Counted from the first letter of the stretch, positions 53,148-62,272 are shown. The stretch: DNA of 64,000 nt from Eubacteriales bacterium (GCA_045631745.1 JAZQVI010000028.1:1489-65488); one strand, 5' to 3'. Notes: a model not told the origin generated them from the letters alone. Numbers and translations are program-made.

Positions 53148-54443
53148 ATGGAATCCATTTGGAAGGACGACGCGTCGCGTCCGCAATTTGAGGCGCTTGA
53201 CGGAGATAAAAGCACCGACGTGCTGATTATTGGGGGCGGAATCGCAGGAATCCTTTGTGCCTACAGGCTCAAAAATGCGGGGGTGGATTGTATGCTCGCG
53301 GAGGCAGACAGGATATGCGACGGCATCACGAAAAACACCACGGCAAAGATCACCCTCTCGCACGGTCTGATCTATGACAAGCTGATCCGCCGCTTTGGTG
53401 AGGAGCGTGCGAGGCTCTATCTGCAGGTGCAAGAGAGGGCAATCACGGAATACGCCCGCCTCTCAAAAAAGATTGACTGCGACTTTGAGCAAAAGGATTC
53501 CTACGTCTACTCCTTAGACGATCCGAGAAGGATTCAGAAGGAGGTCTCGGCCATCAACCGACTGGGTGGTGAGGCGACCTTCTCGACGGCGCCCGCGCTG
53601 CCCTTCCCTGTCGCGGGCGCAGTTTGCGTCAAGGATCAGGCACAGTTCCACCCTCTGAAATTTTTATATACGATCGCCCGTGATCTCCCCATTTTTGAGG
53701 ACACCAAGGTAGTAGAGCTGATGCCGTATCAGGCAAAAACCAATCACGGCGTGATTTCCTTCAAAAAGCTGATCGTTGCCACGCATTTTCCCATTCTCAA
53801 CAAGCACGGGCTGTATCCCTTGAAGCTCTACCAGCACCGCTCCTACGTTATAACCCTTGAGGGAGCGCAAAATCCACACGGCATGTACGTGGACGAGCGC
53901 GACACAGGACTTTCCTTTCGCACGTATGGCGATCTTTTGCTCCTGGGCGGCGGCTCTCACCGCACGGGAAAGAGGGGGGGAGGCTGGCAAGAGCTGCAGG
54001 ATTTTTCAGAGCATCACTACAAAAGCGCCAAGATCGTACGCCGCTTTGCAACGCAGGATTGCATGACGCTGGACGGCGTGCCTTACGTCGGACAGTATGC
54101 AAGAAACACCCCCGACGTATTTGTGGCAACAGGCTTCAATAAATGGGGCATGACCAACGCCATGGTCGCCGCCGAGATCCTCTGCGACCTCGTCCAAGGG
54201 AACAGGAATTCCGCCGCCGAGGTCTTCTCCCCTGCACGCTCCATGCTCCGCCCCCAGCTTGCCGTCAACACCTGCGAGTCCCTCATCGGACTTCTCACCC
54301 CCACCGTCCCCCGATGCCCTCACCTCGGCTGCGCGCTCAAATACAACCGCGCCGAGCATTCCTGGGATTGCCCCTGCCACGGCTCGCGCTTTACCGAGAA
54401 CGGAGAACGGATCGACAATCCTGCCACCGATGATAAAAAATAA
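53148..54443 (+). CDS. FAD-dependent oxidoreductase fused to a C-terminal Rieske [2Fe-2S] domain (YhfW-like)
   Basis: DVLIIGGGIAG dinucleotide loop. Rieske CPHLGC..(17)..CPCHGSRF. Confidence 0.86.
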   Translation: MESIWKDDASRPQFEALDGDKSTDVLIIGGGIAGILCAYRLKNAGVDCMLAEADRICDGITKNTTAKITLSHGLIYDKLIRRFGEERARLYLQVQERAITEYARLSKKIDCDFEQKDSYVYSLDDPRRIQKEVSAINRLGGEATFSTAPALPFPVAGAVCVKDQAQFHPLKFLYTIARDLPIFEDTKVVELMPYQAKTNHGVISFKKLIVATHFPILNKHGLYPLKLYQHRSYVITLEGAQNPHGMYVDERDTGLSFRTYGDLLLLGGGSHRTGKRGGGWQELQDFSEHHYKSAKIVRRFATQDCMTLDGVPYVGQYARNTPDVFVATGFNKWGMTNAMVAAEILCDLVQGNRNSAAEVFSPARSMLRPQLAVNTCESLIGLLTPTVPRCPHLGCALKYNRAEHSWDCPCHGSRFTENGERIDNPATDDKK

Positions 54444-54445
54444 GA

Positions 54446-54478
54446 GATCCCCCTTTCGGCGATGCCGAAAGGGGGATC
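54446..54478. terminator. bidirectional intrinsic terminator
   Basis: 15-bp hairpin gatccccctttcggc-gat-gccgaaagggggatc between convergent genes. The T-run is stronger on the minus strand. Confidence 0.7.
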
Positions 54479-54484
54479 CTATCT

Positions 54485-55375
54485 TTAATGATGGTGGTGA
54501 TGGTGTCCCGAGGAATGCGACGCTTCCACGTGACAATGCTCCTCGTGGCAGTGCTCGCCCTCGCGCTCCAGCTCCAGCGTCGCGTGTCCAATGCCGTGCT
54601 CGCGCAGCTCCTCGCGGATCTTGTGCTTGATCCCGTGCGCCTCCTCGTTAGTCACAATATGCATCGTAGCATAATTGCTCTGCCCGTCCAGGCTCCACAC
54701 ATGAACGTGATGCACCCCAAGCACACCCGGGATCTCACAAATGTGCTCCTCCAGCTCGTGAATCTCGATCCCGTGAGGTGTTTTTTCCAGGAAAAGCTCC
54801 AGCACCTCCTTCATGTTTTTCAGAGCATTAACGAGAATAAACGCAGCCACGCCCACCGACATGATGGGGTCGATGATAGCAAAATCAGTGAATTTCATGA
54901 CGATCGCGCCGACAAGCACCACGATCCAGCCAAGCACGTCCTCCAGCATATGGAGATTGACCGCCTTTTGATTGAGCGATCCCCCTTCACGCGTAAAGAG
55001 GGCGGCGGCGAGGTTGACACAGACGCCTATGACCGCAAACACAATCATACCGTTATAGTTGATCTCGGTAGGACTGACGATACGTGCGATGGCATTGTAG
55101 ATAACCATAACCGAGCCAAAAAGCAGAATCAGGGTGGTGATGACGCTCCCGATAACCGAATATCTCGCATAACCGTAGGTGTAATTCTCATCGGGCTGCT
55201 TCTTGCTCTTCTTTTCCAGGAAGAAGGCGACGCCAATACTTGCCGCATCCCCAATGTCATGAATTGCGTCCGACACGATCGCGACGCTCCCCGTAAACAC
55301 ACCCCCGATAAATTCAAAAACAGAAAACGATAAGTTGAGAAGAAAGGCGATCAGAATGTTCTTTTCCGTCTTCAT
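54485..55375 (-). CDS. cation diffusion facilitator (CzcD/ZitB-type) with His-rich C-terminal tail
   Basis: SVAIVSDAIHDIGD (TM2 HDxxD site), HMLEDVLGW (TM5), tail HCHEEHCHVEASHSSGHHHHHH. The start was set to the ATG at 55375, behind SD gggaggg. Confidence 0.88.
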   Translation of the reverse strand: MKTEKNILIAFLLNLSFSVFEFIGGVFTGSVAIVSDAIHDIGDAASIGVAFFLEKKSKKQPDENYTYGYARYSVIGSVITTLILLFGSVMVIYNAIARIVSPTEINYNGMIVFAVIGVCVNLAAALFTREGGSLNQKAVNLHMLEDVLGWIVVLVGAIVMKFTDFAIIDPIMSVGVAAFILVNALKNMKEVLELFLEKTPHGIEIHELEEHICEIPGVLGVHHVHVWSLDGQSNYATMHIVTNEEAHGIKHKIREELREHGIGHATLELEREGEHCHEEHCHVEASHSSGHHHHHH

Positions 55376-55467
55376 TATACCCTCCCGCGCGCTTGGATTG
55401 ATGGAATTATTGTAGCATAAGCAATCGGAATTGTCAAGACGAAGGAAAACAAATAAAGCCGAAAAGA

Positions 55468-55496
55468 TTGAAAAGTGAATCAAAATATGTTATAAT
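55468..55496 (+). promoter_or_regulatory. sigma-A promoter for the ECF sigma operon
   Basis: TTGAAA (55468-55473), 17 nt spacer, TATAAT (55491-55496). Confidence 0.6.
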
Positions 55497-55621
55497 ACAT
55501 CATTGGAAAGAAGAATTTTTACACGCCCGCCAAAAAAATCCGTTCGGTCTGTAAGATATGGAGTCTGCTTTGCGACTATATAAGTGAAAGGCCTTTGACA
55601 ACCGTGTAAGGAGGTGTCTGC

Positions 55622-56173
55622 ATGGAAGATGAGAGAATCGTTGCACTGTATTGGGAACGCAACGAAAGCGCAATTCGAGAAACCGAGAAAAAATACGGAA
55701 AATACTGCTATGCCATCGCATACAATATTCTTCATTCGCACGAGGATTCGGATGAATGTGTAAACGATACCTGGAACGGCACGTGGAACGCAATTCCTCC
55801 CGAAAAGCCAACCGTGCTGAAGTGCTTTCTCGCTCGCATAACGCGAAACATCGCCATCGACCGATATCGGTATGACGGTGCACAAAAGCGAAGCGCAGAG
55901 GTAGAAAGCGCGATGGATGAATATTGGGAGTGTATTCCAAACAAAGAGGCCTCAATCGAGGACGAATACATCCTAAAGCAGGCAATCAACGGATTTCTTG
56001 AAAGTCTGGACAAACGCACCCGCGTTATCTTTATGCGCAGGTATTGGTATTCGATGAGCGTTAAGGATATCGCCGACAGAATGCGTCTTTCGGAGGCTCA
56101 TGTCAGTGTCATCCTACACAGAACCAGAAGCAAATTTAAGGATTATCTTACGAAGGAGGGGATATTTGTATGA
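55622..56173 (+). CDS. ECF-type sigma-70 family RNA polymerase sigma factor
   Basis: Region 2 (..Y..IAYNIL.S.EDSDECVNDTW) and region 4 HTH (MSVKDIADRMRLSEAHVSVILHRTRSKFKDYL). SD aaggagg. Confidence 0.85.
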   Translation: MEDERIVALYWERNESAIRETEKKYGKYCYAIAYNILHSHEDSDECVNDTWNGTWNAIPPEKPTVLKCFLARITRNIAIDRYRYDGAQKRSAEVESAMDEYWECIPNKEASIEDEYILKQAINGFLESLDKRTRVIFMRRYWYSMSVKDIADRMRLSEAHVSVILHRTRSKFKDYLTKEGIFV

Positions 56174-58092
56174 AGAAAAAGAATTGGTATCGCGGCCTTG
56201 GCCTTGCCGATGACAAATACATTTCCGAGGCGCATCCCGATCATGAAATTACGCCAAAATGGAACAAGGTGGTTATTTCTCTTGTTGCCGCCTGCGCGTG
56301 CTTTGCGCTTGTTCTATGTAACCTGTGGCTCTTTATTCCCTTTGACACCACCCTGCCCGACGTATCGCAATATGCCGACAGTGCGTACTATGGACTGATC
56401 CAAAAATTGAACGTCCTCACGTTTGATCCGCCAAGATACAAGAACAACGCGGAAAAGCTGTGGGCAAATCTAAAAAAATTTGGCCCAACTAAATCCGATA
56501 ACGCCGACATCGCTGAGAACGGCGCTCTGTTGGGTGGAGCCAACGGAGCGGACAATTACCGGGAAATCACCGACAATCAGGTAGCGGGGATTATAGAAGC
56601 CGACCGCATCAAGCGCAGCGACACGCATATTTATTATCTCGACAACGAGGTGCTTCGCATCTACGCTATTGAACAGGAAAACACCGCGGAGATCGGCAGC
56701 TATACCCTCTACGGCGGCAGCAAGAACCATTACCTGGATCAATGGGAATTCTACCTTTCAAGCGACTGCAAAACCGTAACGGTTATAACACAGTATTATG
56801 AAAATGCCAAAGGCAATTCGAGGCGCTACGTGAATGTGATTTCGCTTGACGTCAGCGATCCTGCCAACATTGTAAAGAAGGATGAATTCAACGTCACGGG
56901 CAGTTATACGTCCTCCCGCCTGACGAACGGAAGCATCCTGCTCCTGACCGAGTTCGCGGTTTACAAGCATACGCTTGACTTTGACGACGAGAGCACCTTC
57001 CTTCCCCAGATCGACGAGGGAAACGGCGCGTACAGCATTCCCGCCGACGGCATCGTCTCTCCCGACACGCTCAGCTCCTCACGGTATACCGTTGTCATGA
57101 AGCTCGATGCGAACACCCTCGATCTCAAGGGCACCGCCGCGTATCTCTCTTATTCGGAGGACGTATACGTTTCTGAGAATCATGTGTTCCTGACACACGT
57201 TTTCGCAGAGAAAACGAAAAATAAAGATGGAACGATCACAAGAAATTCCATGACCGAGATTTCCTGCCTGACCTACGGCGGCGATCGCTTTGAGCGAAAC
57301 GGAAATGTGACGGTCAGAGGCTACGTCAAGGATCAGTGGAGCATGGACGAGTACGAAGGCATTCTTCGCGTTTTCACGACCACCAACGCCACAACGATTC
57401 GGGAGCGGTATGACGGAAACGGATCCGTATCCTCCACCATCCTTCAAACCGCTACAGGCAACTCCAATGCGAGCCTGTATTGCATCGATCTCGCAAGCTT
57501 TGAGATCGTTGCCTCGGTGATGGATTTTGCACCTCCGGGCGAGGAAATTCAGTCGGTGAGATTCGATCGGGAAACCGCATACGTTTGCACCTCGATTGAG
57601 CTTTCCGATCCCGTATTCTTCTTTGATCTGTCCGATCTTAACAACATCACCTACAAGGACACCGGCACAATCGAGGGCTTCTCAACCTCTCTGATAAACC
57701 TTGGAAACGGATATCTCCTTGGCATCGGCAGAGGGAACGGCTGGAGCGACTTTAAGATTGAGGTATATGAGGAGACCGAGAACAGCGTCCGTTCGGTATG
57801 CTCGTATGAGCTCAAAAACACGCGTTATTCTACCGTATATAAGTCCTATTATGTGGACCGTGAAAATCAACTCGTCGGACTTGGCATCATTGATAACAAT
57901 TCCTACAAAACCGACAAGAATTCGGATGAAGCAAACCGATATATCCTTCTGCATTTTGACGGCTACGAGCTTGTAGAGCTTGTGAACGTTCCGCTTGCAG
58001 GAGACCCCGTCAACCAGCGCGGTGTTTATATCGACGGCTATCTGTATCTGTTTGGTCACAACGAATTTAAGGTAGAAAAGATATTTGACTGA
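56170..58092 (+). CDS. membrane-anchored beta-propeller domain protein (Beta_propel family), in the anti-sigma position
   Basis: 4-nt overlap with the sigma gene. Short cytoplasmic N-terminus plus one TM helix (VVISLVAACACFALVLCNLWLF). Extracytoplasmic part has QWSMDEYEGILRVFTTT, VRFDRETAYVCTSIELSDPVFFFDLSDLNNI and GFSTSLINLGNGYLLGIG, which match the Beta_propel pattern. Confidence 0.78.
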   Translation: MKKKNWYRGLGLADDKYISEAHPDHEITPKWNKVVISLVAACACFALVLCNLWLFIPFDTTLPDVSQYADSAYYGLIQKLNVLTFDPPRYKNNAEKLWANLKKFGPTKSDNADIAENGALLGGANGADNYREITDNQVAGIIEADRIKRSDTHIYYLDNEVLRIYAIEQENTAEIGSYTLYGGSKNHYLDQWEFYLSSDCKTVTVITQYYENAKGNSRRYVNVISLDVSDPANIVKKDEFNVTGSYTSSRLTNGSILLLTEFAVYKHTLDFDDESTFLPQIDEGNGAYSIPADGIVSPDTLSSSRYTVVMKLDANTLDLKGTAAYLSYSEDVYVSENHVFLTHVFAEKTKNKDGTITRNSMTEISCLTYGGDRFERNGNVTVRGYVKDQWSMDEYEGILRVFTTTNATTIRERYDGNGSVSSTILQTATGNSNASLYCIDLASFEIVASVMDFAPPGEEIQSVRFDRETAYVCTSIELSDPVFFFDLSDLNNITYKDTGTIEGFSTSLINLGNGYLLGIGRGNGWSDFKIEVYEETENSVRSVCSYELKNTRYSTVYKSYYVDRENQLVGLGIIDNNSYKTDKNSDEANRYILLHFDGYELVELVNVPLAGDPVNQRGVYIDGYLYLFGHNEFKVEKIFD

Positions 58093-58102
58093 TGGAGAAC
58101 AC

Positions 58103-58133
58103 AAAAAGGAGAGCAGATGCTCTCCTTTTTGTG
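58103..58133 (+). terminator. intrinsic terminator after the beta-propeller gene
   Basis: Hairpin ggagagc-agat-gctctcc followed by tttttgtgtt. Confidence 0.7.
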
Positions 58134-58342
58134 TTGCTCCGATTTTGGGAGCAGATCTACACCGACGGCAAGCAAAGTCCTCGAAACATTTACGCCAAGC
58201 GAGAGGAATGCGAGGAAAAGCTCGTCGAAATGATCGAACGAGCGAAAGCAGAAATTGCGGAAGAGAAAGCAAAACAAAACGAGGGCACCGATTAAGGTGC
58301 CCTCAAATTTTGGTCTGCAGTAAACAAAGAAAACACGCTGAT

Positions 58343-59815
58343 TTATACTACACAAGGGATATCAATGCTGGAGAAGATAGCTCTTGCTTCAGGATATAAC
58401 GCCCACCGGAATGCAGGATGAACTTCCCAATCGTAACCAAACTCGGCATATTCAGTAGAAAGATAATTGTTGTCCTCAAAGTATTTTCGGTCAATATATC
58501 CGTCTCCCGAATCCTTTCTTGCTACTATGAAATTGATTTTATACATAAAAGCAAGCAATTCCTTAGCAGTTGCTGTATGACCATCAGCAAAAACAAAATC
58601 ACCACCCTGCATAATACCGGAGATTTTACTTAGAATTTGACTTTCTGTGTATTTATGGGAGCCAGTTAGTTTCTTTTGCTCGTGATTTGGCTTCATTCCA
58701 AGCAAAAGACGTCTAATAGATGGCAACTCATATCTATGCTCGTTGATGGTATCTTGTAATCTATTTTGTGAATACTGGGAAAAAACAGACTCCCAATCTG
58801 ATGTAGTTATTTTCTCTTCACGGTTACTACGCGCCTCTCGTGCCGCTTGTATACATAAATTAATTAAATCCCTGGGTCTCCTTCTTGTAAGTGACAAGAG
58901 AATATAGTGAATTGGTCGATTGTTCCACTTGCCATCTCCCATGAAGTGACTATCCATAATTGGATACAATAATTTTGCAATTTCAAATTGTGGTTTTTTT
59001 AGCAAATTCCTTTCTGAGACAGAGTATCCCAGATAACTTTGTATGCGCTTTGCTAAAAAAACCAACAACTCATGTTCAGTCCAGGATAGCCAAATTACAT
59101 TTCCCTCAATTTTGTCCGTTGATTCATCGGCAGTACGTACCAAGAAATAAACGTCACTACGCAAACTAATTCGGAATTGCAAACCAGAAGATTCATTCGA
59201 GAGATCGCGAACAGCATTTAAAAGCGCAGCAATTCTCTTGACGTTATTTGCTGTGCCCTCCCATGCTCTGTCTAAATCGTCAATGTATACAACCAATTTA
59301 CGATTGGCAAGATATTTTTTGCAAATAATTTGTCTTGTTTTTTCAATATCAACTTTATCGTTTATCCCTCTAATTATTGTTGTGATTTTATCTATTAATT
59401 TTACACCTTTTCCAAGAATCTCATTTGCGAGGCGAGAATCGGTGTCGATTTGAAACTCTCTCATCACTAATTCTGTGATGAGAGAATTAAGCCCATTTTT
59501 CCACTTTTCTATGAGATTTAGAGGGTTTTCATTCTCACTTACTTCACACAAATCTGAAATATCATTTGGTCGAATCCACAATGATAGTATATTTTGTTCT
59601 AAATTCTCTTCATACGACATTCTAAACAACGCGGATTTACCAACACCTTTATGAGCGACTAAAATTCTTAATGGTCGATCATTGTGGATTTGGTCATATA
59701 TGGCGCTTTTGAAAAAACTGCTTTTAAAGCGTCCAATTTCCTCGTCCTCTGCAGCAAGTTCTCCAAATAGTCCTGTAATTTGTTCTTCTGAAAAAGTTAT
59801 ACGATTCTGCACCAA
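58343..59815 (-). CDS. standalone P-loop NTPase (AAA+/ORC-like lid), on an AT-rich islet
   Basis: Walker A LVAHKGVGKSALF, Walker B KLVVYIDDLDRAW, lid-like RRRPRDLINLC, unknown ~150-aa C-terminal domain. TTG/GTG start behind gagagga. Much more AT-rich than its neighbours by eye. Confidence 0.8.
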   Translation of the reverse strand: MVQNRITFSEEQITGLFGELAAEDEEIGRFKSSFFKSAIYDQIHNDRPLRILVAHKGVGKSALFRMSYEENLEQNILSLWIRPNDISDLCEVSENENPLNLIEKWKNGLNSLITELVMREFQIDTDSRLANEILGKGVKLIDKITTIIRGINDKVDIEKTRQIICKKYLANRKLVVYIDDLDRAWEGTANNVKRIAALLNAVRDLSNESSGLQFRISLRSDVYFLVRTADESTDKIEGNVIWLSWTEHELLVFLAKRIQSYLGYSVSERNLLKKPQFEIAKLLYPIMDSHFMGDGKWNNRPIHYILLSLTRRRPRDLINLCIQAAREARSNREEKITTSDWESVFSQYSQNRLQDTINEHRYELPSIRRLLLGMKPNHEQKKLTGSHKYTESQILSKISGIMQGGDFVFADGHTATAKELLAFMYKINFIVARKDSGDGYIDRKYFEDNNYLSTEYAEFGYDWEVHPAFRWALYPEARAIFSSIDIPCVV

Positions 59816-59936
59816 TTATCATCCTCTCGTGTTTGTGCTTCTTAATACTTCATTTTCCGCAAATATATCTTCAAGTAAGAAGAATACATATTATCCAACC
59901 CCATTGCAATCGTGCGATAGGGTTGGAACATTGTTT

Positions 59937-60012
59937 TGGTCGGAATGACAGGATTTGAACCTGCGACATCCTGGTCCCAAACCAGGCGCGCTACCATCTG
60001 CGCTACATCCCG
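59937..60012 (-). tRNA. tRNA-Pro (anticodon UGG), CCA encoded
   Basis: Minus strand CGGGATG-TA-GCGC-AGATGGTA-GCGC-G-CCTGG-TTTGGGA-CCAGG-ATGTC-GCAGG-TTCAAAT-CCTGT-CATTCCG-A-CCA. Confidence 0.92.
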
Positions 60013-60110
60013 ATGATGAAATTATCTTTGGAGTTCAAATCCCGGAAGGATTCGGTCTCGCTGCGGCTCGGTTACCTCGCGGCTCTCGAGCTGCCTTTTG
60101 ATTCCTAACC

Positions 60111-60139
60111 ATTATAACAGATTCCCACCGAAAAGTCAA
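60111..60139 (-). promoter_or_regulatory. candidate sigma-A promoter upstream of tRNA-Pro (implies a ~90-nt 5' leader)
   Basis: Minus strand TTGACT (60139-60134), 17 nt spacer, TATAAT (60116-60111). I found no better promoter closer to the tRNA. Confidence 0.45.
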
Positions 60140-60191
60140 CTCCTTTCCCTTGAAAATCTGAAAAATTCGCCAACATTCTATTCCGCTCCTA

Positions 60192-60220
60192 TTGACATTT
60201 TTTTCATTCGATGATACAAT
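60192..60220 (+). promoter_or_regulatory. sigma-A promoter for glnA
   Basis: TTGACA (60192-60197), 17 nt spacer, TGaTACAAT (TACAAT 60215-60220). Confidence 0.65.
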
Positions 60221-60277
60221 AAAAGATGAAGTTTGACGTTCTTTCAAACATTTGTGTAAAATTAAAGGAGTATTGTT

Positions 60278-61702
60278 ATGGCAAACAGCATCAAGGACAT
60301 TCTCTCTCTGATCCGCGAGAAGGGAATCAAAATGGTTGACTTTAAGATGGTTGACATCAACGGCCAGTACCGTCATGTGACCATTCCTGCTGAAAATTTT
60401 TCTGAAGATACCATGAAGAGCGGAATCGGCTTTGACGCCTCCAACTATGGCTACGCTGTGGTGGAAAAAAGCGACATGGTCTTCATTCCCGATCCCGACA
60501 CGGCTGTGATCGATCCCTTCTGCGAGATCCCTACCCTCTCCATGACGGGTAACGCCATGATCATTGACACCCCCGAGAATCGTCCCCTGCCCCAGTATCC
60601 CAGAAACATTGTACTTGCCGCTGAGCAGTACATGAAGGATCTCGGAATCGCGGACACCATGCTCATTCTCCCTGAGTTCGAGTTCTATCTGTTCGACCAG
60701 GTTGGCTGGGAAGTCAGCGGCAAGAACATCGGTGTAAACGTGGATGCCAAGCAGTCCTACTGGAACAGTGCAACCGAGGGCCTTGGCGTGGTGGTGCCCA
60801 AGCAGAAGAACTACCACATCGCAAAGCCCTTTGACATCTCCTACGAGTGCCGCAGTGAAATGTGTCTGCACATGAAGGACGCCGGTATCGAGATCAACTA
60901 CCATCACCCCGAGGTTGCGGCTTCCGGCCAGTTTGAGATCGAGCCTCAGCTTGGTGTGATGTCCAAGATGGCTGATGCAACCATGATGATCAAATATATC
61001 ATCCACAACACCGCGCTCAAGTACGGCAAGACCGCAACCTTTATGCCCAAGCCCATTTACGGCGAGGCCGGAAGCGGTATGCACGTGCATATGCTTCTGC
61101 TCAAGGACGGCGAGCCTGTCTTCTCCGACGACAACGGCTACGCGCACCTGAGCGAGACCGCACACTACTTCATGGGCGGACTTCTGAAGCACATCGCATC
61201 TCTTTGCGCGCTGACCAACCCCAGCACCAACTCCTTCAAGCGTCTGGTGCCCGGATTTGAGGCTCCTGTAACCGTTGGTTACGCGACCTCCAATCGTAGT
61301 GCGGTCATTCGTATCCCCGCATACGCAAAGACCCCGAACAAGCGCCGCTTTGAGCTCCGCAATCCCGACGCGACCTGCAACCCCTATTTCTGCTATGCGG
61401 CAATTCTGATGGCAGGTCTGGACGGCGTGAAAAACAAAATCGATCCTCACGCGAACGGCTGGGGCCCCTACGATGTCAACCTCTATCACTTGAGTGACGA
61501 GGAGAAGGCAAAGCTTCACCACCTGCCCACCTCTCTGGACGAGGCGCTGAATGCACTCGAGGCAGACCACGACTATCTGACTGCCGGCGGCGTATTCCCC
61601 GAGGAGTTACTCAAGAACTTCATCGCAACCAAGCGCGCAGAGTGCAGCGAGCTCTCCAAGATTCCCCACCCCGCTGAATTCGATAAGTATTACAATCTTT
61701 AA
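60278..61702 (+). CDS. glnA: glutamine synthetase, type I
   Basis: 474 aa with V.F.MVDI.G..RHV, PEFEFYLF, NYHHPEVA.GQFEI, KP..GEAGSGMHVH and NSFKRLVPGFEAP motifs. SD aaaggag. Confidence 0.93.
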   Translation: MANSIKDILSLIREKGIKMVDFKMVDINGQYRHVTIPAENFSEDTMKSGIGFDASNYGYAVVEKSDMVFIPDPDTAVIDPFCEIPTLSMTGNAMIIDTPENRPLPQYPRNIVLAAEQYMKDLGIADTMLILPEFEFYLFDQVGWEVSGKNIGVNVDAKQSYWNSATEGLGVVVPKQKNYHIAKPFDISYECRSEMCLHMKDAGIEINYHHPEVAASGQFEIEPQLGVMSKMADATMMIKYIIHNTALKYGKTATFMPKPIYGEAGSGMHVHMLLLKDGEPVFSDDNGYAHLSETAHYFMGGLLKHIASLCALTNPSTNSFKRLVPGFEAPVTVGYATSNRSAVIRIPAYAKTPNKRRFELRNPDATCNPYFCYAAILMAGLDGVKNKIDPHANGWGPYDVNLYHLSDEEKAKLHHLPTSLDEALNALEADHDYLTAGGVFPEELLKNFIATKRAECSELSKIPHPAEFDKYYNL

Positions 61703-61708
61703 TAGAAA

Positions 61709-61750
61709 AGGCAGGCTGACGCTTTGGCGTCAGCCTGCCTCTTTTTATTT
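61709..61750. terminator. bidirectional intrinsic terminator
   Basis: 14-bp hairpin aggcaggctgacgc-tttg-gcgtcagcctgcct followed by ctttttattt. Confidence 0.75.
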
Positions 61751-62272
61751 CACCTCGCCCACCAGCTCCGAAAGAGCCTTGCGCTTTTTCTCGCGCAGTG
61801 TTTTGTCAGCAGCATAACCGATCGTAATAACCAGTCTGACGGGAGCGCTAAGTCCGCAGATTTCGCGGATCTTTCCGTCATCCAACCAACCGAGGATACA
61901 GCTCCCCAGCCCCTGCGCCGTTGCCTCGGCGGTGATATACGCCGCGAGGATGCCGATGTCCATGGATCGGTAGTCATTTTTCTTGACCTTGGCGCCGAAT
62001 GCTGCCGTTTTGACATAGGGCTCCTCTGACAGCACCAAAAGAACAGGCGCGTCTGCCGCAAAGCGGTTGATGCCCATACCCATGCAGGCAGCGCCCACCT
62101 TTTTCGCCGCCTCATCTCGACAAACCGTGATATGATAGGGCTGACCGTTGCAGGCGGAGGGAGAAAGCCTTGCCGTCTCCAGGATGGCGTTCAACTTTTC
62201 CGTCTCAACCTCGCGTGCATTGTCATACGCTCTGCAGGACTGGCGTTTTTTTGCAATCTCTGTAAAATTCAT
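61745..62272 (-). CDS. nitroreductase family protein
   Basis: RQSCRAY.., SPSA.N.QP.. and a C-terminal ..G.G.C..G motif. 175 aa. SD aaggaga. Confidence 0.82.
   Translation of the reverse strand: MNFTEIAKKRQSCRAYDNAREVETEKLNAILETARLSPSACNGQPYHITVCRDEAAKKVGAACMGMGINRFAADAPVLLVLSEEPYVKTAAFGAKVKKNDYRSMDIGILAAYITAEATAQGLGSCILGWLDDGKIREICGLSAPVRLVITIGYAADKTLREKKRKALSELVGEVK

Noticed and set aside
60236-60262. Possible GlnR/TnrA box (TGACGTTCTTTCAAACA) between the glnA promoter and start codon
   Set aside because: Only the outer TG..ACA positions fit the TGTNAN7TNACA consensus. That is too weak to call without a matrix score or comparative support.
60035-61570. 511-aa minus-strand ORF. Similar antisense ORFs are 19775..21085, 25396..26865, 27219..28286, 9739..10704, 10903..12147 and 14688..15527.
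   Set aside because: Each is antisense to a well-supported gene: glnA, scfB, the XI-like gene, the hydroxyacid dehydrogenase, holB, yaaT and ygiQ respectively.
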